A stretch of 64,000 bases of DNA from assembly GCA_037189525.1 (NCBI GenBank), contig JBBCJC010000005.1, positions 352,001 to 416,000 of the forward strand, given 5' to 3'. Position 1 is the first letter of the stretch, and each line of letters opens with the position of its first letter. The DNA comes from Gemmatimonadales bacterium (GTDB lineage Bacteria > Gemmatimonadota > Gemmatimonadetes > Gemmatimonadales > GWC2-71-9). The translations under genes and the position numbers were made by a program. The notes under the pieces are model-generated. The model saw only the letters and a list, made by a program, of their open reading frames with translations, was not told the origin of the DNA and did not search any database. Shown here piece by piece: positions 18,740 to 27,795 of this stretch.

Positions 18740-18829
18740 AGGGAGCTTCCTTAAAGAGAGATTTCAGAGGAGAATCGACCCGGCGGTCGAACGGTGCCGA
18801 AAAGTAACCTCCGCCCCGGTGGGGCTGCC

Positions 18830-21220
18830 CTAGGGGGTCACGAACAGCGTGGCCCAGTCCCGACCCTGACGTGCCATGGCCTTGAGATGCAGGACCTTGG
18901 CGGCGGCATCGTAGAAATAGCGGTCGCCGGTGCTGGTATCGAGTTCCGCCAGCGACGCGGCAGCCGGGATTGTCGTAGTCGTGCTGTAGTCCCGATAGAC
19001 TCGGATGCCGGCGCCCTGATACGGCAACGCCAGCCGGACCCAGTCGCCCTGCGCGAGGCCGTTGGCGTAGAACTGTGGCTTGGTGGGCAACGCCGTCCGG
19101 TGGACGACCCGGTAGGTGCGCCCGGCGGGTACCGTCGCCGAGACGTTGTACGCCTGTCCCGGCACGCCGACATATCCGGTCGTCGCGCCGTCGTCGCGCA
19201 CCAGGTCGAGCGGTGCCACCGCCGCCTGGTCGGCCGAGCGGATCCGGATGTTGACGTAGCGCCCGCCGCAAATGTGGGCGTTCCAGGTCGCGTCGAGCCG
19301 GCAGCCGGGCGTCACCATCACGTTGGCGCGCGACACGACGAACTGCCCGGCAACCCCGGTCAGGCTGCCGTCCGTATCGAGCACGGCCGAGGCCTTGTCG
19401 CCGTCTTTGTCGTCCCGGGGATTCTCGAAGTAGAGCCGGTTGGCGTTCACGAACGACAGCTGCGCAGCAAAGTTGCGGGGGTTGACCGGGAACCCGTTGG
19501 CCCGATTGTACCCCAGCGCGCTCATGTAGTTCGACCCGCTGGGTATGAAGTTCACGAACGTCACCCGTTCCGCGCCGACTCGGCCGTCGTAGAACTCGTA
19601 GCCGCGGACCGGGAAGTTGGCCGTGAACGCCGTGGCCGAATTGTCGGTGCGCCCCACGATCAGGGCGGCTTCGAGGAACGACTCGCTCGATGCGAAGGTG
19701 GCGCCGATGTGGTTGTCGCTCAGCACGGCGCCGATCAGCTTGTGGCCCGTGCCCCGAAGCCAGACGGCGCGGCCGCTGTGCTTGTAGCCGACGAAATTGC
19801 GGAAGACCGTTGGCACCACGGCCGAGCTGGTGTTACCGGGCGTTTCGCGGGCGGTATGATGCGCGGTTTCGATGGTGCCGTCGGGTCTCGGTCCATGATC
19901 GACGTTGAGCCCTGTGTTCCGGTTCGAATGCGCCACGTTGTCCGAGAACTCGCCTAACGCCGTCTGCCTGGGCAGCGCCGGATGCCCCGCCGACATTCCC
20001 GTCGGCGAAACCGGCAGGGCATACCAGAACCCGAAGCCCCTGGAGCCCGCCGCCACGTTGCGCCGAAGGACGTTATCGGGATTGGTAATCCAGAACGTGG
20101 CGGGGTCGTTGTCCGACGGAAGCACCCGGTCGGCCACGTCGGGCCGCCGGGTGACCAGGCCGAGATTGTCTTCCAGGATGTTGCCGGTCTCGGCGCCATC
20201 CTCGAGAAAGTAGGCGTGTCCCAGGTTGTCGTAGCAGACGTTCCGCGCCACCGCGAGGCGCTGAGTACCGTGGATCGTTAGGCAGCGGTTGAACGTCTTC
20301 CAGACGCTGTTGTTCCGGAAGTACTGCCCCTCGACCGAGCCCGCCATGTGCCAATGCATCGGGTAGCGGGCCAGCTTGCCCTTCTGCCCCATCCGGGTGA
20401 ATTCGACGCCCTGCACTCGCGCCTCCGCCCCGGCGTTGACGACGACCTGTCCACCGGACCCGGTCGTGAGACTGGTCGAGTCTCCCCGAATCACGATGTT
20501 GCGGCTCAGGAGCCCAATCTCGCCGCGCTGATCGACCGGCCGTCCCTCGATCTGCTGGACCACGCCCCAATGGCGATACCGGAGCGCCGGCTGGAATGAC
20601 ACCGTATTCCCCTGCACCGCTGTGACGACGACTTCCTCAGCCTGAAACGGATCGAAATCGGTCGAAGCCAGCACGATGCGTTCACCGGCGCGCCAGTCGA
20701 CCGAACCGGCCAGCGAAAGCTGGGTAGCGCCCGGCTCGGCGGTGGCGCTCAACTTCGTCCACGTAGTCCGCAACTCGCCATGCAGATCGAGGGTTCCGCT
20801 CAGGACCGCCAGGACCCGGCCACCCATGCCCTGCACGTCCTCGGTATCGGAACCGGTCAGGGTGATCGACGCGCGATGGGTATAGGGCGCATCGGCCGTC
20901 CCGATGCGAAGCCCGCCGCGGACCACGATCCAATCGGCGGTCAGATCGAGATCCTGCCGATCGAAATGCAGCTGACCGTCGATCGTCAGATTGCGCAGCG
21001 CAGGAGGCGATACGTCGAGCACCACCACCCGATCCGCGGGGATGGTCACCGATTCACCCGCAGCCGGGACTCGATTCCCGGGCCAGATCGAAGGGTCGGA
21101 CCAGCGGAGGGCGCCCGGCGGCGAGCCGGGGGGCGGTTCGAGGTGCTCCCGCTCGGTAATGCAGGCACCCGTCAGGGTAACCAAAAGGACGGCGTGACGA
21201 ACAGCAGATGACCGTACCAT
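18830..21220 (-). CDS. G8-domain, CEMIP/TMEM2-like beta-helix lipoprotein
   Basis: Lipobox LTGAC; G8-like WSDPSIW..VP..G..VTIP; RYPMHWH, RCLTIHGT, GHAYFLEDG, FWITNPDN, NVAAGS.GFGFWY; start ATG 21220 or TTG 21235. Confidence 0.85.
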   Translation of the reverse strand: MVRSSAVRHAVLLVTLTGACITEREHLEPPPGSPPGALRWSDPSIWPGNRVPAAGESVTIPADRVVVLDVSPPALRNLTIDGQLHFDRQDLDLTADWIVVRGGLRIGTADAPYTHRASITLTGSDTEDVQGMGGRVLAVLSGTLDLHGELRTTWTKLSATAEPGATQLSLAGSVDWRAGERIVLASTDFDPFQAEEVVVTAVQGNTVSFQPALRYRHWGVVQQIEGRPVDQRGEIGLLSRNIVIRGDSTSLTTGSGGQVVVNAGAEARVQGVEFTRMGQKGKLARYPMHWHMAGSVEGQYFRNNSVWKTFNRCLTIHGTQRLAVARNVCYDNLGHAYFLEDGAETGNILEDNLGLVTRRPDVADRVLPSDNDPATFWITNPDNVLRRNVAAGSRGFGFWYALPVSPTGMSAGHPALPRQTALGEFSDNVAHSNRNTGLNVDHGPRPDGTIETAHHTARETPGNTSSAVVPTVFRNFVGYKHSGRAVWLRGTGHKLIGAVLSDNHIGATFASSESFLEAALIVGRTDNSATAFTANFPVRGYEFYDGRVGAERVTFVNFIPSGSNYMSALGYNRANGFPVNPRNFAAQLSFVNANRLYFENPRDDKDGDKASAVLDTDGSLTGVAGQFVVSRANVMVTPGCRLDATWNAHICGGRYVNIRIRSADQAAVAPLDLVRDDGATTGYVGVPGQAYNVSATVPAGRTYRVVHRTALPTKPQFYANGLAQGDWVRLALPYQGAGIRVYRDYSTTTTIPAAASLAELDTSTGDRYFYDAAAKVLHLKAMARQGRDWATLFVTP

Positions 21221-21660
21221 CGACCACTCCGGCAAACGAACGGAATCAGACCGGAATCGAGTCTCACTGCGGAGTCCGATTCCGACCGATGAAATTCAGA
21301 TATGCCGATGTGGTCGCACATTCCACGCCGCCCCAATGCCCGGACGGCGGTTGCACGCGCCGAGCTAGATCGGGTCTCCCGACCGGCGATCCGCGCAATC
21401 TTTCGCAGCCGGTGGCTCGAATCCGCGCTCGGCCGTCAAAGCATCGGCTTCGGACTCGGACGGGGCCCACCAGGCATATAGCACGATGCGAGGCCGCTCC
21501 GCGCGGGAACGGGCCCGCGCCAGCGGCGGCAGGTCGAAAGGCAGAGGAATCGAGGTCATTTGCGAAGTCCTTTGTGGATGTCTACGTTCCAGACAATCGT
21601 CCCCCCCCGTTACCCCGTCGTGACTGCTATCGTTTCTCGCTTCGTGACACCTTTACCGGC

Positions 21661-24279
21661 ATGATCGAGCTTCGCACTCTGGGAGCGGTCGACCTTCGTT
21701 CCTCGGACGGGGCCGAGCTTCGGGCCGTGCTCCAGCAGCCCAAACGGCTGGCGCTCCTGGTCTATCTGGTTTCGGCCAAACCCGGCAAGCTGATCCGGCG
21801 CGACTCGCTCCTGGCCCTGTTCTGGCCCGAGTTGGATCAGGACCACGCCCGGGCCGCCCTGCGCCGCGCCCTCTACTTCCTGCGCCAGGCGGGCGGATCC
21901 GATCTGGTCGTAAGTCGGGGCGACGAAGAGGTCGGGGTGGCCAGCGACCGGATCTGGTGCGACGCCAACGCATTCGACCAGGCCATCGACGAGAACCAGC
22001 TGGAGCAGGCGCTGGAAGCCTACCGGGGGGATTTTCTCGACGGCTTCTACGTCCAGGGCGCGCCGGAAGCCGAGGCGTGGCTCGACCGGGAGCGGATTCG
22101 GCGCCGGTACGACGCGGCCCTGGCCTCCTGGCGCCTGGCTCGGACCGCCCTGCCCGACTTGTCCGCCGCTGCCCGCTGGGCCCAGCGGGCCATCGAGCTG
22201 GCGCCGCAGGACGAGGACGCCATCCTGGCCTACCTCCTGGAGTTGGAGCGGCGGGGCGAACGCAGCCTGGCCCTCCGCCTCTATGCCCAGGCCGCCGAAC
22301 GGATCCAGACCGAGTTGGGCACGGCGCCCCACGCCAAGCTGACCTCGGCGGCCGAGCGAATTCGCAACGCCGGACCGGCGGCAGCGGCGACCACGGCCAC
22401 CACCACGCGCGACGAATGGCTGGTGGCCGTCTGTCCGTTCGTGGTCCGCGGCGATCCCGCCTTTGCCTATCTCGCCGAAGGCATGGTCGATCTGCTCAGC
22501 ACCAAGCTCGACGGCACCGGCGCGCTGCGCACCACCGACCCCCGCACCGTGGTGCAACTCGCCGGACCAACCGCCTCAACCGGCGCCGATCTCGCCACCG
22601 GGGCGCGAATTGCCGACCAGCTGGGAGCCGGGTTGTTCGTCATCGGCACCATTGTCGAGAGCGGCGGACGGCTCGAAGCCAGTGTCAGCCTGCATCAGGC
22701 GGATCGGACATTACGTGCCAGGGTCGAGGGACGCACCGAAACGGAAAGCGGCCTCTTCGACCTGGTCGACGAACTGATCCGTCGCCTGGTGGCCGACTTC
22801 GATCAATCCGCTGCGGGCCGGTTGAGCCGGCTCGCCGCCCTGACGACGAGTTCGCTCCCCGCCCTGCGCGCCTACCTGCAGGGCGAACACGAGTTCCGGC
22901 TGGGCCGCCACCTCCAGGCGCTCGACCTGTTCCGGCGTTCGACGGTCGAGGATCGCTCGTTTGCGCTGGCCTACTATCGGCTGGCCTCATCGCTCGCGGC
23001 CAATGCGCTGATCGGCCCGGCCCGGCAGGCATCGGCCGATGCCTACCGCCATCGCGACCGGCTTTCGGACCACGACCGTCTGCTCCTCGAAGCCCAGCAC
23101 GCCTGGCTCCATGGCCACACCGGCGAGGCGGAGCGCCGTTACGTCAGCCTCACCATGGCCTTTCCCGAGCACGTCGAGCCCTGGTACCTGCTCGGCGATC
23201 TGCTGCTCCACGCCAATCCGTACCGGGGCCGCTCGATCGCGGAGGCGCGGGAACCGCTGGAGCGTGCGCTACGCATCGATGGTGCGCATGTCGGCGCGCT
23301 GACCCAGTTGGCCCGGATTGCGGCCATGGAAGGACGTGGCGACGATCTGGCCCGCCTGGTCGAGCGCGTCCTCCAGCTGAGTCCCACTGCGGACCAGGCG
23401 TTGGGGCTCGAAGTGCTGCGGGCGTTCGCGCTCGGCTCACTTGCTGAGCAGGATGCGGTGGTCGAGTCGGTGGCCAAGGCGTCGGGGCTCGTGATCGCGC
23501 GCGCATTTACGGATATCGCGCTCTACGTCCGCGATCTGGAAGGCGCCGAGCGCCTTGCCGCCGCCGTGCTTCCCGCGGCTCGGTCGACCGACTTTGCGGC
23601 CTTGGGCAATATCATCCTGGCGCATCTCGAGCTGGCGCTGGGCCGCGACGAGGCCGTCACCACCCGGCTGACGACCGCGAGCCGTCTCGAACCGGTCTGG
23701 GGCCTCGAACTGCGCGCCTATTTCGCCGCGCTGCCGTTTGCCGAGGTGGCGGCCGAGGTCCGCGATCAGGTCCAGGCCGAGCTCGAGGTCTGGAACCCCG
23801 ATGATCTGCCCGCGAGCATCGCGCCGCCGTTCGTATTTCACGACGGGCTGCATCCGCACCTGCGGAGCTACCTGCTCGGTCTCCTGGCCGCCCGCCGCAA
23901 CGACTCGGCCGCCGTACGTCTGGCTGCGGAAGCCCTCTCCGAGTTGGCGGTCCCAGCCGGCGCCGAAGCCATGGCCGAACAGTTGGGACGCACGCTGGAT
24001 GCGCTGGCGTGGCGGCTCGAAGGCCGCCCCGGTGACGCGCTAGCCGCGCTGGAACGGTTGAAAACCGATGTCTGGTTTCAGTACGCCGTCGGATCGCCGT
24101 TCTTTGCCGGTACCTACCAGCGCTATCTCCGCGCCGAGTTGCTGGAGCAGGTCGGTCGCGTCGATGAAGCCATCCGATGGTGGGAGACCATTGCCCAGCG
24201 GTCGCCGTTCGAACTGGCGTTTGCCCCGGCCGCGGCCCGCCGTATCAAACACGCTGCCTCACCCCAGGTGTCATCATGA
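21661..24279 (+). CDS. SARP-like wHTH-BTAD transcriptional regulator with TolB-like and TPR C-terminal module
   Basis: ELRTLGAVDL, QPKRLALLVYL, RRDSLLALFWPE, WCDA..F, YRGDFLDGF; VAVCPF...AEGMVDLL; TPR-like helices. Confidence 0.88.
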   Translation: MIELRTLGAVDLRSSDGAELRAVLQQPKRLALLVYLVSAKPGKLIRRDSLLALFWPELDQDHARAALRRALYFLRQAGGSDLVVSRGDEEVGVASDRIWCDANAFDQAIDENQLEQALEAYRGDFLDGFYVQGAPEAEAWLDRERIRRRYDAALASWRLARTALPDLSAAARWAQRAIELAPQDEDAILAYLLELERRGERSLALRLYAQAAERIQTELGTAPHAKLTSAAERIRNAGPAAAATTATTTRDEWLVAVCPFVVRGDPAFAYLAEGMVDLLSTKLDGTGALRTTDPRTVVQLAGPTASTGADLATGARIADQLGAGLFVIGTIVESGGRLEASVSLHQADRTLRARVEGRTETESGLFDLVDELIRRLVADFDQSAAGRLSRLAALTTSSLPALRAYLQGEHEFRLGRHLQALDLFRRSTVEDRSFALAYYRLASSLAANALIGPARQASADAYRHRDRLSDHDRLLLEAQHAWLHGHTGEAERRYVSLTMAFPEHVEPWYLLGDLLLHANPYRGRSIAEAREPLERALRIDGAHVGALTQLARIAAMEGRGDDLARLVERVLQLSPTADQALGLEVLRAFALGSLAEQDAVVESVAKASGLVIARAFTDIALYVRDLEGAERLAAAVLPAARSTDFAALGNIILAHLELALGRDEAVTTRLTTASRLEPVWGLELRAYFAALPFAEVAAEVRDQVQAELEVWNPDDLPASIAPPFVFHDGLHPHLRSYLLGLLAARRNDSAAVRLAAEALSELAVPAGAEAMAEQLGRTLDALAWRLEGRPGDALAALERLKTDVWFQYAVGSPFFAGTYQRYLRAELLEQVGRVDEAIRWWETIAQRSPFELAFAPAAARRIKHAASPQVSS

Positions 24280-24638
24280 AAGCAACCATGCGACGAACGA
24301 CCTCAGGCCTCCTGATCGTGGGCACACTGAGCGGATGCACCGCGTGGCGCACCCAGAACGTGCCGGTCACGGAAGTGCTGGCCAGGAACCCCGAGGTCGT
24401 TCGAGTCAGCACCGCCGACTCCTCGGGCATCACGGTCTTCAGTCCGAAGATTCAGAACGACACCCTGACGGGGTTCCCGACCGATCTCGCAATTCAGCGG
24501 GTCAACGTCCCGGTCCGTGACATCACCGGCGTCTCGACCCGCTACAAGCACATCGGCAAAACCCTCCTGGCCGGACTCGCGATCCTGGGAGGGGTTGCGG
24601 TGTATGGACTGCTCCAGACCCTCAACGCCGTCCAGTAG
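24276..24638 (+). CDS. Small lipoprotein with C-terminal hydrophobic helix
   Basis: ATGA overlap with BTAD gene; lipobox LSGC; C-terminal GKTLLAGLAILGGVAVYGLL. Confidence 0.75.
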   Translation: MKATMRRTTSGLLIVGTLSGCTAWRTQNVPVTEVLARNPEVVRVSTADSSGITVFSPKIQNDTLTGFPTDLAIQRVNVPVRDITGVSTRYKHIGKTLLAGLAILGGVAVYGLLQTLNAVQ

Positions 24639-24669
24639 CTCGGCATAACGGCGCCGCGCACCTGCCAGG

Positions 24670-27336
24670 TCAGCGCGCGTCGTCGGCCCGGAGCACGGTG
24701 GCCGGATCGACCGCGAGCGCGCGCCGGATCGGCCCGATACACGCGACAGCGGCGGTGGTCAGCACGAGCGCGGCCGCGCCGGCAAAGACGACCGGATTGC
24801 CCGGCGAAACCTCGAAGAGAAAACCGCGCACCACCTGTCCTACTCCGAGCGCCACGGCCGCGCCGGCCAGGAGACCGAGCAGCACCGGACGGAGCGCGTG
24901 CCCGAACGCCGCCCCCGCGACGTTGGTCCGCGGCGCACCGAGCGCGAGGCGGACGCCGATCTCCCGGGTCCGTCGCAGCACGATGAAGCCGACAACGCCG
25001 AAGAGTCCGACGCCCGCCAGCAGGAGCGCCGCCGAGGCAAAAACGCCAAGCACGATGGTGCGTAGCTTGGGTACGGCGACGACGTCGTTCAGGGCATGGG
25101 CGAGCAAGATTCCGTCGAACGGCATCTCCGGATCCAGCCTGGCGAGTTCGGCCTGCGCCGCGCGCAGGACGGGACCGGGAGAACCGTCGACCCGGGCGAC
25201 CGCGCTCACCAACCGAAACTGGGGCCGCTGGCCGAGCGGGAAGTACATGGTCGGCGCCGGCTCCGCTCCGGGGCCATCCTGGCGCACATCGCCGACGACG
25301 CCGACGATCGCGGCCCAGTCCTCCCCCGTTGGAACGATGTCCATCCCGGGCATGCGGACCAACCGACCGAGCGGATCACCGCCCGGCAGGTAGGTCCGAA
25401 CGAACGCATCGTTCACGATTGCGACGCGCTGAGCGCCGGCGCGGTCGTGCGCGGTAAAGTCGCGCCCGCGGCTCACCGGAATGCCCAGCACCTCGAAGAA
25501 CCCCGGGCTCACCACCCGGAAGTCGGCGGTAGCCCCCGGCCCGCCAGTGCTGGAGGGCTCACCCTGGATCATGCCGCCACCGTTAGGCGACCCGCCCTGA
25601 AGCGGGACGGCGGTGGTCAGCGCGACGGACGCGACGCCGGGAATCGCCGCCAGCCGCTCACGCGCCGTTTCGAGCACGAGCCCGCGTCGTGCGAGATCGC
25701 CGGCCAGATTACCCGCATCGACCGGGAGCGGCAGCGGGATCACCACCCGTCCTTCGCTCCGGAAGCCAAGATCCTGATCCAGCATCCGCGTCAGGCTCCG
25801 GCTCAGGAGACCGGCCCCGGCCAGCAGCACGAACGTCGCCGCAACCTCGACCCCGATCAGCGTCTGGAGCACCCGGCTCGGCCCGACGATCCGATGGCTG
25901 GGACGCGCCGCGGAGCCGTGTTCGACCGACCGCGCGGCCCAGAGCGCGGGCACCACGCCCGCGACGATGCCAACCACCACGACGAGCCCACTGATGAACG
26001 CCAGGAACGGGAGGTCGATTGGCAATGTGCGCACGAAGGGGACGATCCGGTCGATGGCCCGGACGAGCGCCGCCCGAAGGGGAAGCCAGGCGGCGACCCC
26101 GAGCGCCACGCCGGCGGCCGTGAGCAGCAGGCTCTCGACCACGAAACGGCGAATCAGATCGACGCGAGTTGCCCCGAGCGTCCGGAGCATCACCAGTTCG
26201 CCCTGACGCTTGGCGGCCCGCGCCAGCAGGAGGGCTGTGAGATTGAGCACGGCGATCAGCAGCAGCAGGCCGACCGCGCCTTGCAGAAACCGGAGCACCC
26301 GAGGGGACTGCCCGAGCAGGGTCTGCCGAAATGGGGTGACCCTGGCCCCGTCGGCAAGAAAATCGCTGTCGCCTTCACCCGCGACGATCTGCCTGGTGAG
26401 CACGGAAAGCGACCGGGTGGCTTCTTCCGGACCGACACCGGCGCGGAGCCGGCCGATGACGCGCCAGTTGTGGGCCGTCCGGCTCGGGCCGTCGTCCCAC
26501 CGCTCGGCCGGCATCCAGATCTGCGCACCGACCGGGAAATCGACGCGGCGCGGCATCACGCCCACGACGGTCGCGGCCAGGCCGTCGACCCGGACCTGCC
26601 TGCCGAGCACGTCCGGATCGGCGCCGAAACGATCGCGCCAGTATCCTTCGCTGAGCACCACGGCGGGAGCGCCGCCGGCGACCGCCTCCTCCGCATCGAA
26701 CCACCGGCCCAGCATCGGATCGATGCCCAGCACGGCAGGAAACGTTCGCGAGGCCACGGCCGTGGCAATCGTCTCCGGAGCGCCGGCCCCCGTCAGCACC
26801 GTATTGGTGATATAGTAGCCCGCCAGGTGGGTAAAGTCGTTGGCCGAGCGCTGCCAGTCGCGGAGATTGGGACCCGCCACCGACATCCCTCGCCCCTGCC
26901 GCGTCTCCACCACCGTGACGATCCGATCCGCATCCGGATAAGGCAGCGCGCGTACGAAGGCGGCGTTCAGGATGCTGAAGACCGCGATATTGGCGCCGAC
27001 GCCAAGCGCGACGAGCAGAACGGCCGCCGCGGTGAACCAGGGATCGCGGCGGAAACCGCGCCTGGCGAGCCGCAGGTCACTCTGCCACTTGCCGATCACC
27101 TCGGCGCGGCGCATCCGGCGTTCCCGCACCCGGTCGATGGCAAGCACCTGCCGCGAGAGCGTTGCCCGGTCGCCCAGCTCATCGGCGGCCAGGCGGGCCG
27201 CTTCTTCCGGAGCAACGCCCTGGCGAAGCAGCTCTTCCTCGGCAAGCGTGCGGTGCAGCTCGAGCTCGTCCGCGACGTCCGCCTCGACCCGGCTTCTGCC
27301 GGTCGCCAGCCGAAAGAGGGATCGGAGTGTACCCAT
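24670..27336 (-). CDS. ADOP-type duplicated ABC permease (MacB/FtsX-like)
   Basis: DVADELELH prefix, ALGVGANIAVFS, duplicated MacB_PCD/FtsX halves, RRTREIGVRLALGA, VDPATVLR. Confidence 0.92.
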   Translation of the reverse strand: MGTLRSLFRLATGRSRVEADVADELELHRTLAEEELLRQGVAPEEAARLAADELGDRATLSRQVLAIDRVRERRMRRAEVIGKWQSDLRLARRGFRRDPWFTAAAVLLVALGVGANIAVFSILNAAFVRALPYPDADRIVTVVETRQGRGMSVAGPNLRDWQRSANDFTHLAGYYITNTVLTGAGAPETIATAVASRTFPAVLGIDPMLGRWFDAEEAVAGGAPAVVLSEGYWRDRFGADPDVLGRQVRVDGLAATVVGVMPRRVDFPVGAQIWMPAERWDDGPSRTAHNWRVIGRLRAGVGPEEATRSLSVLTRQIVAGEGDSDFLADGARVTPFRQTLLGQSPRVLRFLQGAVGLLLLIAVLNLTALLLARAAKRQGELVMLRTLGATRVDLIRRFVVESLLLTAAGVALGVAAWLPLRAALVRAIDRIVPFVRTLPIDLPFLAFISGLVVVVGIVAGVVPALWAARSVEHGSAARPSHRIVGPSRVLQTLIGVEVAATFVLLAGAGLLSRSLTRMLDQDLGFRSEGRVVIPLPLPVDAGNLAGDLARRGLVLETARERLAAIPGVASVALTTAVPLQGGSPNGGGMIQGEPSSTGGPGATADFRVVSPGFFEVLGIPVSRGRDFTAHDRAGAQRVAIVNDAFVRTYLPGGDPLGRLVRMPGMDIVPTGEDWAAIVGVVGDVRQDGPGAEPAPTMYFPLGQRPQFRLVSAVARVDGSPGPVLRAAQAELARLDPEMPFDGILLAHALNDVVAVPKLRTIVLGVFASAALLLAGVGLFGVVGFIVLRRTREIGVRLALGAPRTNVAGAAFGHALRPVLLGLLAGAAVALGVGQVVRGFLFEVSPGNPVVFAGAAALVLTTAAVACIGPIRRALAVDPATVLRADDAR

Positions 27337-27338
27337 GA

Positions 27339-27674
27339 TCAACTCCTGGCCGCGGCGAGGATCTTCCCTACCGCCGCCACGTAGCGGCGCCAGTCGGCGT
27401 CCTGCGTCTGCAACTGTTTCCGGCCGAGCCGGGTGAGCCGGTAGTACTTGGCGCGGCGCCGGTGCTCGGTAATGGCCCACTCGGCCTCGAGCCAGCCGCG
27501 CTGCTCCATCCGATGCAACGCCGGATAGAGCGCTCCCTGCTCAATGGTGAGCGCCTGATCGGTGGTGTCCCGAATCCAGCGGGAGACTTCGAAGCCGTGC
27601 TTCGGGCCCCAGGTCAGCGCTTTCAAGATCAGAAAATCGAGGGTTCCCTGCAGCAGATCGACGGAACCGGCCAT
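27339..27674 (-). CDS. PadR family transcriptional regulator (ADOP-associated)
   Basis: LLQGTLDFLILKAL.WGPKHG, GALYPALHRME..GW, RRAKYYRLT. Confidence 0.95.
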   Translation of the reverse strand: MAGSVDLLQGTLDFLILKALTWGPKHGFEVSRWIRDTTDQALTIEQGALYPALHRMEQRGWLEAEWAITEHRRRAKYYRLTRLGRKQLQTQDADWRRYVAAVGKILAAARS

Positions 27675-27694
27675 GGGTGCTCCTGACGGTGTTG

Positions 27695-27727
27695 CCTCAA
27701 TCTCTTAGCCTAAGCTATTTAGGTCAA
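27695..27727 (-). promoter_or_regulatory. padR promoter with palindromic operator
   Basis: Minus strand TTGACC-17-GAGATT; palindrome CCTAA-N5-TTAGG at 27709-27723 overlapping -35 and spacer. Confidence 0.6.
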
Positions 27728-27734
27728 CGGCCAC

Positions 27735-27778
27735 AAAAAAGCGCCGCCTTACAGGATCAGATCCCGGCAAGGCGGCGT
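27735..27778 (-). terminator. Intrinsic terminator after the acylase gene
   Basis: Minus strand ACGCCGCCTT...AAGGCGGCGC followed by T6. Confidence 0.85.
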
Positions 27779-27795
27779 TCGTTGCAATGACCGGT

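Noticed and set aside
21208..21660. 151-aa N-terminal extension of the BTAD regulator
   Set aside because: Arg/Pro-rich and non-protein-like; the family-typical start MIELRTLG is at 21661.
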